Below, piece after piece: positions 27,293 through 37,270 of a DNA stretch of 64,000 nt. Each line of letters starts with the position of its first letter. Positions within the stretch are counted from its first letter, which is position 1. A program made the translations under genes and the position numbers. The notes under the pieces were generated by a model, which worked only from the letters and a program-made list of their open reading frames with translations, did no database searches and had not been told where the DNA came from. Source of the stretch: Alphaproteobacteria bacterium. Its GTDB lineage: Bacteria > Pseudomonadota > Alphaproteobacteria > SHVR01. Location of the stretch: NCBI GenBank assembly GCA_009694185.1, contig SHVR01000002.1, positions 1,096 through 65,095 on the forward strand, written 5' to 3'.

Positions 27293-28867
27293 TCATGGGC
27301 GATCTTTTCGCAACCAAGAGACGAGCGTCAGAATCAAAAAACCCGGGGCCAACACCCAATCTCCCCACCGCCCATAGACCGTCGATCCCGGCAGCGCCCG
27401 CGGCAGCGCCGTGTCGAGCACGCCGCTCTGGTTGAGCGCCAAGCGCGCCAACACCCGGCCATAACCATCGATCACGGTCGAGATACCGGTATTTGCCACT
27501 CGAAGCAAAGGCAATCCTTCTTCGATGGCGCGAATACGGGCAATCTCCAAATGCTGGTACGGCCCGGAACTGTTGCCGTACCACGCATCATTGGTGATGT
27601 TGAGCAGCCATTGCGGGCGATTATCGGGGTCGGTCACGGCACCGGGAAATATCACCTCGAAACAAATCAGCGGCGAGAACGGCGGCAGACCCACGACATC
27701 GAGGGTCCGGGGCCCCGAGCCCGGCGAAAAGTCGACGCCACCGGGGACGATCTTCTCAATCGGCAACATTCCGCGCCAGGGCACATATTCGCCGAACGGC
27801 ACCAGGTGGAACTTGTCGAACGCCGCCACGACCCGGCCCCGGTCGTCCACCGCGAGGAGGCTGTTCCATGCTCGAAAACTCGCACCCGCGCCCGCGGCGC
27901 GCGGCGCGCCGGTCAGGATCGCACCCCCTTGCGGCGTCACCTGGGCCATCGCCGCCAGCGCTTCCGGCTCGGCGGTAAGATTGAACGGCACGGCGGATTC
28001 CGGCCAAATGACATGGCTTATCCGGTCATGGCCGGGTGCCGCCGTGAGTTCGAGCAAACGGCGGAATATCCGGGCGCGCTCTTCGGGCTGCCATTTCAGG
28101 TTCTGAGACACGTTCGGCTGGATGAGGCGCAGGGTCACACCCGCGACAAATTCGGATTCGCCAAATGCCAGGCGCAACGCGCCTCCCAGCCAGAGCAGCA
28201 GGACCAGGGGGAGGAAAAGTGCCACCGGCCAGATTGCAGCCGCGCCCACGCTTCGACCGGCGCTTGCCGGCGCGCCGGCAAGCGCCGCCGGCGACGCCGC
28301 CAGCGCCACCGTGAACAGGCCAAGGCCGTAAATGCCGACCAGCGCCACGCCCTGTAGCATGGCGTCGGAGAACGCCCAAACATGGCCGGCCAGATTCCAG
28401 GGAAAGCCGGTCAGCACATGACCGCGCAGCCACTCGACCAGACCCCAGATCAATGCGAAGGCGAAGATCCGGCGTGGACCTCGGGGTGCCAGCCAGTATT
28501 GAACCAGGGCGGCGAGCGCCGGGAAAACGCCGAAGACGGCCGGCAGCCCGGCGGCCGTGAACGGCACCAACCAGAGGAACCGCTCCGGGTCGACCAGCAG
28601 GGCATTGGCAATCCAATAGAGCCCCGCGAGAAAGTAGCCGAAACCCCAGCACCAGCCGATGCCGAAGGCGGCCCGCCCGGAGCGGCTGGAGTCGATCAGC
28701 CAGACGAGGCCGGTGATCGCGACGGCGTAAAGCACCAGGGCGAAGACCGGCGCCATCGCCGCCGCCCCGCAGATGCCGAGGAGCATGGCAGCAAGCGCGC
28801 GGCGCCAGCCCACGAGGCCGAAGACGCGCGCCCCGATCCAGCCGACACCAAGCCGGGCGTCTACCAC
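27293..28867 (-). CDS. lnt: Apolipoprotein N-acyltransferase
   Basis: 524-aa ORF (GTG start) with a multi-TM N-terminal half. The C-terminal CN-hydrolase domain has the catalytic-Cys context PLICFEVIFPG and NITNDAWYG. It follows corC and ybeY as in many proteobacteria. Confidence 0.9.
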   Translation of the reverse strand: MVDARLGVGWIGARVFGLVGWRRALAAMLLGICGAAAMAPVFALVLYAVAITGLVWLIDSSRSGRAAFGIGWCWGFGYFLAGLYWIANALLVDPERFLWLVPFTAAGLPAVFGVFPALAALVQYWLAPRGPRRIFAFALIWGLVEWLRGHVLTGFPWNLAGHVWAFSDAMLQGVALVGIYGLGLFTVALAASPAALAGAPASAGRSVGAAAIWPVALFLPLVLLLWLGGALRLAFGESEFVAGVTLRLIQPNVSQNLKWQPEERARIFRRLLELTAAPGHDRISHVIWPESAVPFNLTAEPEALAAMAQVTPQGGAILTGAPRAAGAGASFRAWNSLLAVDDRGRVVAAFDKFHLVPFGEYVPWRGMLPIEKIVPGGVDFSPGSGPRTLDVVGLPPFSPLICFEVIFPGAVTDPDNRPQWLLNITNDAWYGNSSGPYQHLEIARIRAIEEGLPLLRVANTGISTVIDGYGRVLARLALNQSGVLDTALPRALPGSTVYGRWGDWVLAPGFLILTLVSWLRKDRP

Positions 28868-28874
28868 CGGCGGA

Positions 28875-29789
28875 TCAGTCCGCGGCCGCGGCCGGCGAGG
28901 TCGGTATGTTGCGGATGCGCAGGCGGCGGATGCGGCGCGGGTCGGCGTCGATCACCTCGAACTCCATGCCCGACGGATGCGGGATGATCTCGCCCCGGCC
29001 GGGAACCCGCCCGACCAGTCCCGAGACGAGGCCCCCCAGCGTATCGACTTCCTCGCGTTCCTCGGCGCCGAGCACCGGTCCGACGCGGCTCTCGAACGCC
29101 TCGAGGGTGGTGCGCCCATCGGCGATCATGGTGCCGTCGGGACGCACCGTCAGCCGGGGTGCCTTGGCGACATCGTGTTCGTCCTCGATCTCGCCGACAA
29201 TCTCCTCCACCAGATCCTCGATGGTGGCGAGGCCGTCGATGCCGCCATACTCGTCGACCACGAGCGCGATATGGATGCGCGCGAGCCGCATCTGCAACAA
29301 CAGGTCGAGGGGCCGCATGGACGGCGCCGCGAACAAGAGCTTGCGAACCAGCGACTCGAGCGCGGGCGGCGGCGAGGCGCGCGCATAGGGCAGGACATCT
29401 TTCACATGCACCATGCCGATCACATCGTCGAGATGGCCGCGATAGACGGGCAGGCGCGAATGATGGGTACGGCTCATCACCTCGATGACTTCGAAGAGCG
29501 GCGTCGCCGCTTCCACCGCGACGATGTCGGCACGCGGCACGCTGACATCCTCAACCGTGATATCGCGGAGCTTCAGAATGTTCGACAGCAGTGCCCGTTC
29601 GGCGGCCACGGCGGTTTCCTCACCGGGCTCGCCATGTTCGATCAGTTCCTCGATGGTCTCGCGGAGCGTGGCCTCGCCACTCCTGGGCCGCCTGAGGCGC
29701 CGCCACAAATCGTGCCATCGGCCGCGGCGGGTACCGGGGTCATTGCCGGGGGGTTTCGCCGAACTAGGACCGCCATCCGGGTCGTTCAT
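28875..29789 (-). CDS. corC: CBS-domain Mg/Co efflux-related protein CorC/YbeX (TlyC family)
   Basis: Track ORF 28875..29822 trimmed to ATG 29789 (MNDPDGG...), which has an AAGGAG SD and forms an ATGA overlap with the ybeY stop. A CBS pair plus the CorC_HlyC C-terminal domain (IDGLATIEDLVEEIVGEIEDEHD) are present. Confidence 0.85.
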   Translation of the reverse strand: MNDPDGGPSSAKPPGNDPGTRRGRWHDLWRRLRRPRSGEATLRETIEELIEHGEPGEETAVAAERALLSNILKLRDITVEDVSVPRADIVAVEAATPLFEVIEVMSRTHHSRLPVYRGHLDDVIGMVHVKDVLPYARASPPPALESLVRKLLFAAPSMRPLDLLLQMRLARIHIALVVDEYGGIDGLATIEDLVEEIVGEIEDEHDVAKAPRLTVRPDGTMIADGRTTLEAFESRVGPVLGAEEREEVDTLGGLVSGLVGRVPGRGEIIPHPSGMEFEVIDADPRRIRRLRIRNIPTSPAAAAD

Positions 29790-30292
29790 GGTCTCCTTGG
29801 CGCCGCCCGGGTGCCCTCCCAATAGGGGTCGGCGATCGCCAGGCAGGTCAACACCGCGACCTCGGTCGCCTCCATGCGCCGCGCTTCAGCCGCCGTCCCA
29901 TGATCGAAGCCAAGCAAATGCAGGACGCCGTGGATCACCAGGTGCGAGACATGGGCAGCGGGCGTCTTACCTTGGCTCCGGGCTTCGGCGAGGATCGTTT
30001 CGACCGCCAGCACCACGTCGCCCAGTTGCAAGGGTGCGCCTACCGGCCGAACCGCGTCGCCGGCCGGAAAGGCCAGCACGTTGGTTGGCTTGTCGTGGCC
30101 GCGAAAGGCGTGGTTCAGCCGCCTGAGGGTGGCATCGTCGGCCAGGATGATGGCAAGTTCGCAAGCCGCCGGCGGGCGGGCGACCGTGAGCGCCGAGCGT
30201 GCCGCGCGTCGGCAGAGCGCACGCACACCCGGGACCGCCCGCCGCCAATCGGGTGCGGTGATGCGAATGCCTATGTCCGGGTCCGGGTTCAT
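29786..30292 (-). CDS. ybeY: rRNA maturation endoribonuclease YbeY
   Basis: 168-aa ORF with the zinc motif HLVIHGVLHLLGFDH. Its start forms an ATGA overlap with the phoH stop. Confidence 0.9.
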   Translation of the reverse strand: MNPDPDIGIRITAPDWRRAVPGVRALCRRAARSALTVARPPAACELAIILADDATLRRLNHAFRGHDKPTNVLAFPAGDAVRPVGAPLQLGDVVLAVETILAEARSQGKTPAAHVSHLVIHGVLHLLGFDHGTAAEARRMEATEVAVLTCLAIADPYWEGTRAAPRRP

Positions 30293-31287
30293 CGTTCCGG
30301 CACCTTGTCCGCCGCAGACTCGCGGGCCTCGTGACGGTCATAGGCGCGCACGATGCGGGTCACCATGGCGTGGCGCACCACGTCGCGTTCGCCAAACTTG
30401 ACGACACCCACGCCGGCCACGCCGTCCAAGACATCGAGCGCCACACCGAGACCGGAGCGCACACCCTTGGGCAGGTCGATCTGCGTCATATCGCCCGTCA
30501 CCACCATGCGGGAGCCTTCGCCGAGCCGCGTGAGAAACATCTTCATCTGGGTCGGCGTCGTGTTCTGTGCCTCATCCAGAATGACGAACGAATGGGCCAG
30601 TGTGCGTCCCCGCATGAAGGCGAGCGGCGCCACCTCGATCTCGCCATTGGTGAGGCGGCGAATCACCTGGTCCACGGGCAACATATCGTGCAGCGCGTCA
30701 TAGAGCGGGCGGAGATAAGGATCGACCTTTTCCTTCAGGTCGCCCGGCAGAAAGCCGAGCCGTTCGCCGGCCTCGACCGCGGGACGCGACAGGACGATCC
30801 GGTCGACCTTGCCCTCCGCCATCATGGCCACCGCCGCGGCAACGGCGAGATAGGTCTTGCCGGTGCCGGCGGGCCCAAGCCCGAACACCAGATCATGGCC
30901 GCGCATGGCCGCGATATAGGCCGCCTGACCCGGCGAGCGCGGCACGATCAGGCGCTTGCGCGTGCGGACCATGAGATCGGCTTCGATCGGCGCCTGGCCG
31001 CCGGCGGCCGCCAGCTTGAGGGCACCCTCGACGTCGGCCGTCTCCACGGCCAAGCCGCGCCGCAGACGATCGTACAATAGATTGAGGGCACTCTCTGCCG
31101 CGCGGGTGGCGGACGGCGGACCACTGATGGCCAGGCGATTGCCGCGCGAGACGAGGGAAACGCCCAGATCGGCCTCGATGCGGGCAAGATGGCGGTCATG
31201 CTCGCCAAAGAGCAGTGGCAGCAAACTGTTGTCCTCGAACTCGAGGAAGACCTGCTCGCCCGCGGCGGTGTCTAGCGCGTGGTTCAC
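30289..31287 (-). CDS. phoH: PhoH-like ATPase
   Basis: Track ORF 30289..31986 trimmed to in-frame GTG 31287, which forms a GTGA overlap with the miaB stop. Walker A GPAGTGKT and the PhoH blocks [17 protein letters not shown] and FMRGRTL are present. Length 332 aa. Confidence 0.9.
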   Translation of the reverse strand: MNHALDTAAGEQVFLEFEDNSLLPLLFGEHDRHLARIEADLGVSLVSRGNRLAISGPPSATRAAESALNLLYDRLRRGLAVETADVEGALKLAAAGGQAPIEADLMVRTRKRLIVPRSPGQAAYIAAMRGHDLVFGLGPAGTGKTYLAVAAAVAMMAEGKVDRIVLSRPAVEAGERLGFLPGDLKEKVDPYLRPLYDALHDMLPVDQVIRRLTNGEIEVAPLAFMRGRTLAHSFVILDEAQNTTPTQMKMFLTRLGEGSRMVVTGDMTQIDLPKGVRSGLGVALDVLDGVAGVGVVKFGERDVVRHAMVTRIVRAYDRHEARESAADKVPER

Positions 31288-32729
31288 GCCGTCACCCGTT
31301 CGCTCGCATGCGCAACCGGAACCCCCGCCAGGCCGCGGGCATCGCTCGCCGTGATGCGGAGTTCGATCGTCGAACCGATGGCGCCGACGGGTGCCGCCGT
31401 ACGCACGGCCTGCAAATAGGGGCTGCGCCCGACCATTTGACCCGGCCGCCGGCCCGGCCTCTCCACGAGCACGGGCATGGTTTGCCCAACGCTTTGGCGA
31501 TTGAACGCGGCCTGCTGCGAGTCCAATAAGATTTGCAGGCGTGCCAGGCGATCGGCCTTGACCGACTCGGGCACCTGCCCGTCCATGAGCGATGCCGGCG
31601 TGCCCGGCCTTGGGCTGTATTTGAACGAGTAGGCCTGGGTAAATCCGATCTCGCCAACGAGCGCCAGAGTCTGCTCGAAGTCCGCCTCGCTTTCGCCCGG
31701 AAAACCGACGATGAAGTCCGACGAGAGCGCGATATCCGGCCGGGCCGCGCGCAGACGCCGAACGAGCCGGCGATAATCGTCGCCCGTATGGCGGCGGTTC
31801 ATCGCCCGCAAAATGCGATCGGCGCCCGACTGCACCGGCAGATGCAGATAGGGCATCAGCATGGGCACGTCGCGGTGGGCCGCGATCAGCCTGTCGTCCA
31901 TGTCGGCGGGATGAGATGTGGTGTAACGCAGGCGCGTCAGTCCCGCGATCGGGGCTAGTGCCGAAATGAGGCGGTCGAGGCCCCATGGCGCGCCATCCGG
32001 GCCCTGGCCCCGATAGGCATTAACGTTCTGGCCGAGCAGCACGATCTCCCTGGCGCCGCCCCGGACCAGTTGCGCTGCCTCGGCCAGGACTTGCGCCACG
32101 GGCCGCGAAAATTCCGCGCCCCGCGTATAGGGCACGACACAAAAGCTGCAGAATTTGTCGCAGCCTTCCTGGACCGTGAGAAACGCCGAGATCGTCTGCC
32201 CGCCATCGCGCGCCGGCAAATGGTCGAACTTGGCCTCGACCGGAAAGTCGGTCGCCACGCGACCGGCGCCGCCCGTCTCCGCCCGTTCCATGCGCGCCAC
32301 CAGCTCCGGCAGCCGGTGATAGGTTTGCGGCCCCAGCACCATATCGACATAGGGCGCGCGACGCAGGATCTCCGCGCCTTCGGCTTGCGCGACACAGCCC
32401 GTAACGGCGATGAACATGCGCCCGCCGCCCGCCGCCCGCGCCTCCTTGTGCCGACGCAAGCGGCCGAGTTCGGAGAACACCTTCTCCGATGCCTTCTCAC
32501 GGATATGACAGGTGTTGACGATGATGAAGTCGGCGCCGTCGGGGACGCTCACCGGCCGATAACCGAGCGGCGCCAGGACTTCCGTCATGCGCGCGGAGTC
32601 GTAGACGTTCATCTGGCAGCCGTAAGTCTTGACGAAGACGGTCTTCACCAACGCCGTTCCGCCCGGGCGCTCGCGCCCAATATCCTGCCCCTCGCTCATT
32701 TCAATGGGCACAACCTGCGCGGTACGCAT
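31284..32729 (-). CDS. miaB: tRNA-2-methylthio-N6-dimethylallyladenosine synthase
   Basis: Track ORF 31284..32843 trimmed to ATG 32729, 9 nt after the upstream stop (ATG 32699 is also possible). The UPF0004 block [13 protein letters not shown], the radical-SAM motif [17 protein letters not shown] and a TRAM C-terminus are present. Confidence 0.9.
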   Translation of the reverse strand: MRTAQVVPIEMSEGQDIGRERPGGTALVKTVFVKTYGCQMNVYDSARMTEVLAPLGYRPVSVPDGADFIIVNTCHIREKASEKVFSELGRLRRHKEARAAGGGRMFIAVTGCVAQAEGAEILRRAPYVDMVLGPQTYHRLPELVARMERAETGGAGRVATDFPVEAKFDHLPARDGGQTISAFLTVQEGCDKFCSFCVVPYTRGAEFSRPVAQVLAEAAQLVRGGAREIVLLGQNVNAYRGQGPDGAPWGLDRLISALAPIAGLTRLRYTTSHPADMDDRLIAAHRDVPMLMPYLHLPVQSGADRILRAMNRRHTGDDYRRLVRRLRAARPDIALSSDFIVGFPGESEADFEQTLALVGEIGFTQAYSFKYSPRPGTPASLMDGQVPESVKADRLARLQILLDSQQAAFNRQSVGQTMPVLVERPGRRPGQMVGRSPYLQAVRTAAPVGAIGSTIELRITASDARGLAGVPVAHASERVTA

Positions 32730-32737
32730 CACGCCTG

Positions 32738-33538
32738 TCAAGCCGCCGCCACCGGCGCCAGGCGGCGGCCGGTCAGCGCCCGGGCGACACCGACCGCGAC
32801 GACCTGATGGGCATGGCCGGCCAAGGCGCGCCTGGAGCCGCATTCGGGCACGGTGACGGGCGGGTGAAATTCGACGACCACCAACAGCCGGCCGAGACCC
32901 GCCAGGGTCCAGAGGTGGCCACCAAGATCCATGTCGCCATACCAGGCCACGAGCGGGCGAAGTGCGTAGCCAAGCGGCATGCCATCGAGCCCGGCATAGG
33001 TCACCGAAACGGGCTGAACCAGGACCGGGTTGCCGCCAATTCGACGTTCCGCCACGCTGAACAGCGCACTCTTGAACGGCAGCACCCGGTTGCCGTCGTT
33101 ACTGGTGCCTTCCGGGAAGAGAATCAGATTGTCGCCCGCTTCCAAGCGTTTCAGGAGGGCGTCGCGCTGTGTTGCCGTGCTGCGCGCGCGGCGATCCACC
33201 AGGACGGACCGTTGCAACCTGGCGAGCGTGCCGAAGAAGGGCCAATCCGCGACTTCCGTCTTGGCGACGAAGGATGCCGGCACCAGGCCGCCCAGCACGA
33301 TGATGTCGAGATAGCTGCTGTGATTGGCGACGAACAGCGTCGGGCGCGCCGGCGACACGATGCCATGGGTCTCCACCTCGATCCCGAGCAAGCGCCAGCA
33401 AGACCGGTGGTAGAAGCGGGGCAGGCGCTCCGCCAAGCGCAAGCCGAAGGCGACCGCGAACAATTGGACCGGAATGAGCAGCAGCGTCCACGCCAGATAG
33501 ACCAGCAGGCGGCGGCCGGCGCGCCACGTCGAATTCAT
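32738..33538 (-). CDS. olsA: Lyso-ornithine lipid O-acyltransferase / 1-acylglycerol-3-phosphate acyltransferase family (PlsC-like)
   Basis: 266-aa ORF with an N-terminal TM segment. The acyltransferase HX4D motif is in [10 protein letters not shown], and FPEGT is present. The olsA call rests on its position directly downstream of the OlsB-like gene. Confidence 0.65.
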   Translation of the reverse strand: MNSTWRAGRRLLVYLAWTLLLIPVQLFAVAFGLRLAERLPRFYHRSCWRLLGIEVETHGIVSPARPTLFVANHSSYLDIIVLGGLVPASFVAKTEVADWPFFGTLARLQRSVLVDRRARSTATQRDALLKRLEAGDNLILFPEGTSNDGNRVLPFKSALFSVAERRIGGNPVLVQPVSVTYAGLDGMPLGYALRPLVAWYGDMDLGGHLWTLAGLGRLLVVVEFHPPVTVPECGSRRALAGHAHQVVAVGVARALTGRRLAPVAAA

Positions 33539-33542
33539 GTTT

Positions 33543-34421
33543 CTACTCGACTTTGCGCGACGGATCGTGGCGACGGTAATGCTCGAGATATTTGCCGGTC
33601 ACCCAATCGGTCTTCACCACGATACAGACGTCGATCGTATTGAATTGATGGTCGATCACCGCGCCGTCGCCCACGAAGGCCCCGACCCTCAAATACCCCT
33701 TGATCAGGGGCGGCATCGCCATTAGAGCCGCCTTGTGGCCGATCGCTTCGGCTGGCCGGAGCGCCATGTCGACATAACGCCCCCTGACCGCCTTCGGCCG
33801 GATCGGCGGCGGCGCCAAATGGTTGTAATAGAGGTAGCTGAGCGGCAAGGCGTGGGCCTCGGGATCGGTGCCCGGGAAGCTGGCGCAGCCGAACATCAGC
33901 GCGATATCGTAGGCGAGCACATACTGGGCAATTCCGCGCCAGAGCAACTGCATGGTGGGTTGTCGGCGATGCGCCTCGTCGACGCAGGACCGGCCGAGTT
34001 CCAGGACCTCCTGGCGACCGCGCAGCAGCTTGCGGATATTATATTCCTCGGCCGAGTAGAACTGGCCGACTTCGGCCGCCGCGGGCCGGCGAATCAATCG
34101 GTAGGTGCCAACCACGGCGCCGACACCCCCGCCATGATCGATCACCAACAAATGATCGCAGTGTCGGTCATAAGCGTCGAAATCGCGGCGCGCGATCGCC
34201 ATTTCGGTCGTGGGTCTTGCCCCCATGCCTTCATAGAAAACCCGATAGCGCAACGCTTGCGCGGCGTCGATGTCGCTCGCCGTCTCGGCCAGGCGTACTT
34301 CAAGGTCGCCGGCGCGCAAACTCACAATGGGGCCGGTCGGTTCCGCCGGCTGCTGCCGCTTCAAGATCGGGCGGAAGAACGGGATGACGATACCACGCTG
34401 GCCTTGCGGCCGGATCTTCAT
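33543..34421 (-). CDS. olsB: GNAT-type N-acyltransferase, ornithine lipid synthase OlsB-like
   Basis: Track ORF 33543..34517. I prefer ATG 34421 (ATG 34466 is also possible). OlsB-like blocks are present (EVRLAETASDIDAAQALRYRVFYEGMGA, GTYRLI, YSAEEYNI, ELGRSCV). It is followed after a 4-nt gap by the PlsC-like gene, matching the olsB-olsA arrangement known in rhizobia. Confidence 0.65.
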   Translation of the reverse strand: MKIRPQGQRGIVIPFFRPILKRQQPAEPTGPIVSLRAGDLEVRLAETASDIDAAQALRYRVFYEGMGARPTTEMAIARRDFDAYDRHCDHLLVIDHGGGVGAVVGTYRLIRRPAAAEVGQFYSAEEYNIRKLLRGRQEVLELGRSCVDEAHRRQPTMQLLWRGIAQYVLAYDIALMFGCASFPGTDPEAHALPLSYLYYNHLAPPPIRPKAVRGRYVDMALRPAEAIGHKAALMAMPPLIKGYLRVGAFVGDGAVIDHQFNTIDVCIVVKTDWVTGKYLEHYRRHDPSRKVE

Positions 34422-34695
34422 CCAGCTACGCGTCCGCCGAAGCGCGCGTCTCAGGGGAAACGCCATGACGATTTGTACACGCCTCCCGAACCAAACGCCC
34501 CATGCCGTGCCCGGCACGCCCTGGCTAGGCCAGCTAGGTTACACCGGCGTTACGCTCGCTAACGTGCGTACCGCCCGCCGCCGGCAATTCTTTTGTCGCC
34601 GGTTCGGTCGATTGGCAATGATAGACGAAACTACCCCACCCGCCTACACCCCGCCTACACAATGCGGCACCGGGGCGCCGGGCGGCCGGCTCCTC

Positions 34696-35121
34696 TCAGA
34701 GCGCGACTTTGCGGCGCCGGGCGCGAGTCCCGAGGCCGATTTTCTTGGCGAGATTGCTCCGCTGCTTGGCGTAATTGGGCGCCACCATCGGATAATCCGC
34801 GCCGAGACCCCAGCGCTCGCGATAATCCTCGGGTGTCATGTCGTAGGCCGTCTTGAGGTGCCGCTTCAGCATTTTCAGCCTCTTGCCATCCTCGAGACAG
34901 ATGATGAAGTCGGGCGTCACCGACTTCTTGATCGGTACCGCCGGTTGCGGCCGTTCCGCACCGGCGGCCGGGATTGATCCGACGGCGGACAAGGTCTTGA
35001 AGACCTGCTGAATCAATTCCGGCAGATCTGCGACGGTGACCGAATTGTTCGAGACGTGAGCCGCCACGATCTCGGTCGTGAATTCAAGCAGTTCCTTGGG
35101 ATTCGATAGCGGTTCGGCCAT
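34696..35121 (-). CDS. mucR: Ros/MucR family zinc-finger transcriptional regulator
   Basis: Track ORF 34696..35196 trimmed to ATG 35121 (MAEPLSNPKELLEFTTEIVAAHVSNN...), giving 141 aa. The conserved core is ITPDFIICLEDGKRLKMLKRHLKTAYDMTPEDYRERWGL..DYPMVAPNYA..RS.LAK.IGLG. Confidence 0.88.
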   Translation of the reverse strand: MAEPLSNPKELLEFTTEIVAAHVSNNSVTVADLPELIQQVFKTLSAVGSIPAAGAERPQPAVPIKKSVTPDFIICLEDGKRLKMLKRHLKTAYDMTPEDYRERWGLGADYPMVAPNYAKQRSNLAKKIGLGTRARRRKVAL

Positions 35122-35211
35122 GGTGGGGGAGTCCTTCGCCCGATGATTCGTGTGTTCCACTTCATTCCATATAATGGAGAAATTGACTGCCATCAACTGT
35201 GAATCTACTTT

Positions 35212-35478
35212 ATGGGCGCAATATCATCAGGAATGGCAAACGAATTGTCCGAATACTTCCTCGACATCACGACTCAAGTCTGCCCGATGACCTTCGTGCG
35301 CACCAAGCTTCTGGTCGAGCGCATGGCGCCGGGCGAGACGGCCGAGGTGCGCCTCAAGGCCGGCGAGGCGCTTGAGAACGTGCCGCGATCGCTCCGCGAA
35401 CTGGGCCACGAGATTGTCGAGATCGTGCCCGAGGCGACCCGGCCCGACGTCTATCGCCTCACCGTGCGCAAGCATTAA
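35212..35478 (+). CDS. TusA/SirA-family sulfur-carrier-like protein
   Basis: 88-aa ORF (ATG 35212; ATG 35233 is also possible). The CPxP-type active-site context is LDITTQVCPMTFVRTK, followed by GE.AEV. The size and fold pattern match TusA-like proteins. Confidence 0.7.
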   Translation: MGAISSGMANELSEYFLDITTQVCPMTFVRTKLLVERMAPGETAEVRLKAGEALENVPRSLRELGHEIVEIVPEATRPDVYRLTVRKH

Positions 35479-35493
35479 GGAGCGGCCGCCCGG

Positions 35494-35946
35494 TCAAATA
35501 TCGCGCGCCATGACCAGGGCGTCGACGGCCGGACCGGCGCTCCGCCGGTAATAACCGGCGCGCCGGCCGACGGCGGCCAGGCCCGCGCCGCTGTACAGGG
35601 CATGGGCGGGCAAATTATCCTCGGCCACCTCCAGATAAAGCCGCCGGCAGCCGCGCCGCCCGGCCTCGCCGAGTGCGGCGGCGAAGAGGCGGCGGCCGAT
35701 GCCGTTCCGGCGCGCTTCCGGCCGCACCGCCAGGTAGAAGATCTCCGCCTCGTCCGCGACCACCCGAGCGAGGATGAAACCGGCCGACCCATATTTGCCG
35801 GGTGCCAGAAAGCCGAACGCGCCGGGCATGGCGAGCAGCGTGGCAATGGCCGCCCTGCTCCAACGTTCGCCGTCTTGGACCGCCGCCCCGTGTACGGCCG
35901 CCGCCGCGTCCACCCCCGCTTCGCCCAGGGGAATGAGGTCGATCAT
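35494..35946 (-). CDS. rimI: Ribosomal-protein-alanine N-acetyltransferase (GNAT)
   Basis: 150-aa ORF with the GNAT acetyl-CoA motif VRPEARRNGIGRRL. Its start forms an ATGA overlap with the tsaB stop. The tsaB-rimI pairing is conserved in many bacteria. Confidence 0.75.
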   Translation of the reverse strand: MIDLIPLGEAGVDAAAAVHGAAVQDGERWSRAAIATLLAMPGAFGFLAPGKYGSAGFILARVVADEAEIFYLAVRPEARRNGIGRRLFAAALGEAGRRGCRRLYLEVAEDNLPAHALYSGAGLAAVGRRAGYYRRSAGPAVDALVMARDI

Positions 35947-36629
35947 GGCCGTAGTTTGCCACCCAAGAGCGCCGGGGTCGCTTCGGGGGGCCGGAGATAG
36001 AGCGGCGCCGGCATGTCCGCCGGCGCGCCGCGCGCCAGGCGCTCCGCCGCCAAAGCCGCCAAGCGGCGGGCGTCCGGCGCCACCGCCGGCGACAGCGTCA
36101 CCGACCAGCCCCCGGCCACCAGACCTGGCGCCACCAGCGCCTGGGCATCGCCCGCGAGCGTCACCGGGCCGAGAGCCAAGAGGCGGCCCGCATCGTCCGG
36201 CGCCAGGACGCGACCATCGCCCATCGGCCGCAAGGCCGCATCGAATGCCTGTGCGTACACATCGCGCCGGTGCGTGTCGATGAGGACCAGAACCGCGCCC
36301 GGCGTGGGGATTGCCTCCCGGGCGCTCGCGGCCAACACTTCGAAGGTAGTGACGCCAATCAGCGGCAGGCGGCTCGCGAGCGCCATGCCACGGGCCGCCG
36401 CGAGCCCGGCGCGGAGCCCGGTGAACGAGCCCGGGCCGACCGTGACGGCGAGGCCGTCGAGGTCCGTGAAATGCTGGCCGGCGTCCGCCAGCACCGCGCG
36501 GACCATCGCCAAGAGCGCCTCGCTCTGGCCGCGCGCCATGGCCTGGGCGCGACTCGCCTCGATCTGGCTATCGCACCAAATCGCCGCCGAACAGCCCGCC
36601 AATGCCGCGTCGAAGGCGAGGATGCGCAC
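35943..36629 (-). CDS. tsaB: tRNA threonylcarbamoyladenosine biosynthesis protein TsaB (YeaZ)
   Basis: 228-aa ORF: MRILAFDAALAGCSAAI...LDGLAVTVGPGSFTGLRAGLAAARGMA. Confidence 0.85.
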   Translation of the reverse strand: MRILAFDAALAGCSAAIWCDSQIEASRAQAMARGQSEALLAMVRAVLADAGQHFTDLDGLAVTVGPGSFTGLRAGLAAARGMALASRLPLIGVTTFEVLAASAREAIPTPGAVLVLIDTHRRDVYAQAFDAALRPMGDGRVLAPDDAGRLLALGPVTLAGDAQALVAPGLVAGGWSVTLSPAVAPDARRLAALAAERLARGAPADMPAPLYLRPPEATPALLGGKLRP

Positions 36630-36654
36630 CTATGCGCTTGAGCCCCGATGCTTC

Positions 36655-37203
36655 TCAACCGACCGGACGGACCTCGGAAATTTCCGGAATATAGTGCTTG
36701 AGCATATTCTCGATGCCCATTTTCAGGGTCGCGGTCGAACTCGGGCAGCCGGAGCACGCACCCTGCATGTGCAGATAGACGATCCCCTCCTCATACCGCC
36801 TAAAGACGATATCGCCGCCATCCATGGCCACGGCCGGGCGTACCCTTGTATCGAGCAACTCTTTGATTTGGGTGACAATTTCGCTATCTTCGCCGGCCTC
36901 GGCCGGCACCTCCTCGGAGGCCACCAGAACCGGCCGGCCCTGGGTGAAGTGGTCCATGATCGCGCCCAAAATCTCCGGCTTCAGCACATACCAGTCGCGG
37001 TCGGGCGTCTTGCTGACCGTAATGAAATCGGCGCCGAAAAAGACGCGGCTCACCCCCTCGATGTCAAAGAGCGCGAGTGCCAGAGGCGAACGCGCCGCCG
37101 CCGACGCCTGGTCGAAATCCGCATTGCCGTCCGGCGCCACCGCCACACCCGGCAAGAACTTCAGCGTCGCCGGGTTCGGCGTCTGCTCGGTCTGGATGAA
37201 CAT
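36655..37203 (-). CDS. NifU/Nfu-family Fe-S cluster assembly protein (Nfu_N plus NifU C-terminal domain)
   Basis: Track ORF 36655..37218 trimmed to ATG 37203 (MFIQTEQTPNPATLKFLPG). The C-terminal block is VRPAVAMDGGDIVF...GACSGCPSS. Confidence 0.85.
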   Translation of the reverse strand: MFIQTEQTPNPATLKFLPGVAVAPDGNADFDQASAAARSPLALALFDIEGVSRVFFGADFITVSKTPDRDWYVLKPEILGAIMDHFTQGRPVLVASEEVPAEAGEDSEIVTQIKELLDTRVRPAVAMDGGDIVFRRYEEGIVYLHMQGACSGCPSSTATLKMGIENMLKHYIPEISEVRPVG

Positions 37204-37270
37204 GCCTGTTTCTCCCAATTACGGAGTAAATTGCTACACTATCGCAAGATGGCCCGCCGACCGACCGCTG

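Noticed and set aside
35475-35962. ORFs 35475..35846 (123 aa) and 35615..35962 (115 aa) overlapping rimI.
   Set aside because: These are alternative frames of the rimI region with Arg/Gly/Pro-rich translations. The 35494..35946 frame carries the GNAT motif and an ATGA coupling to tsaB.
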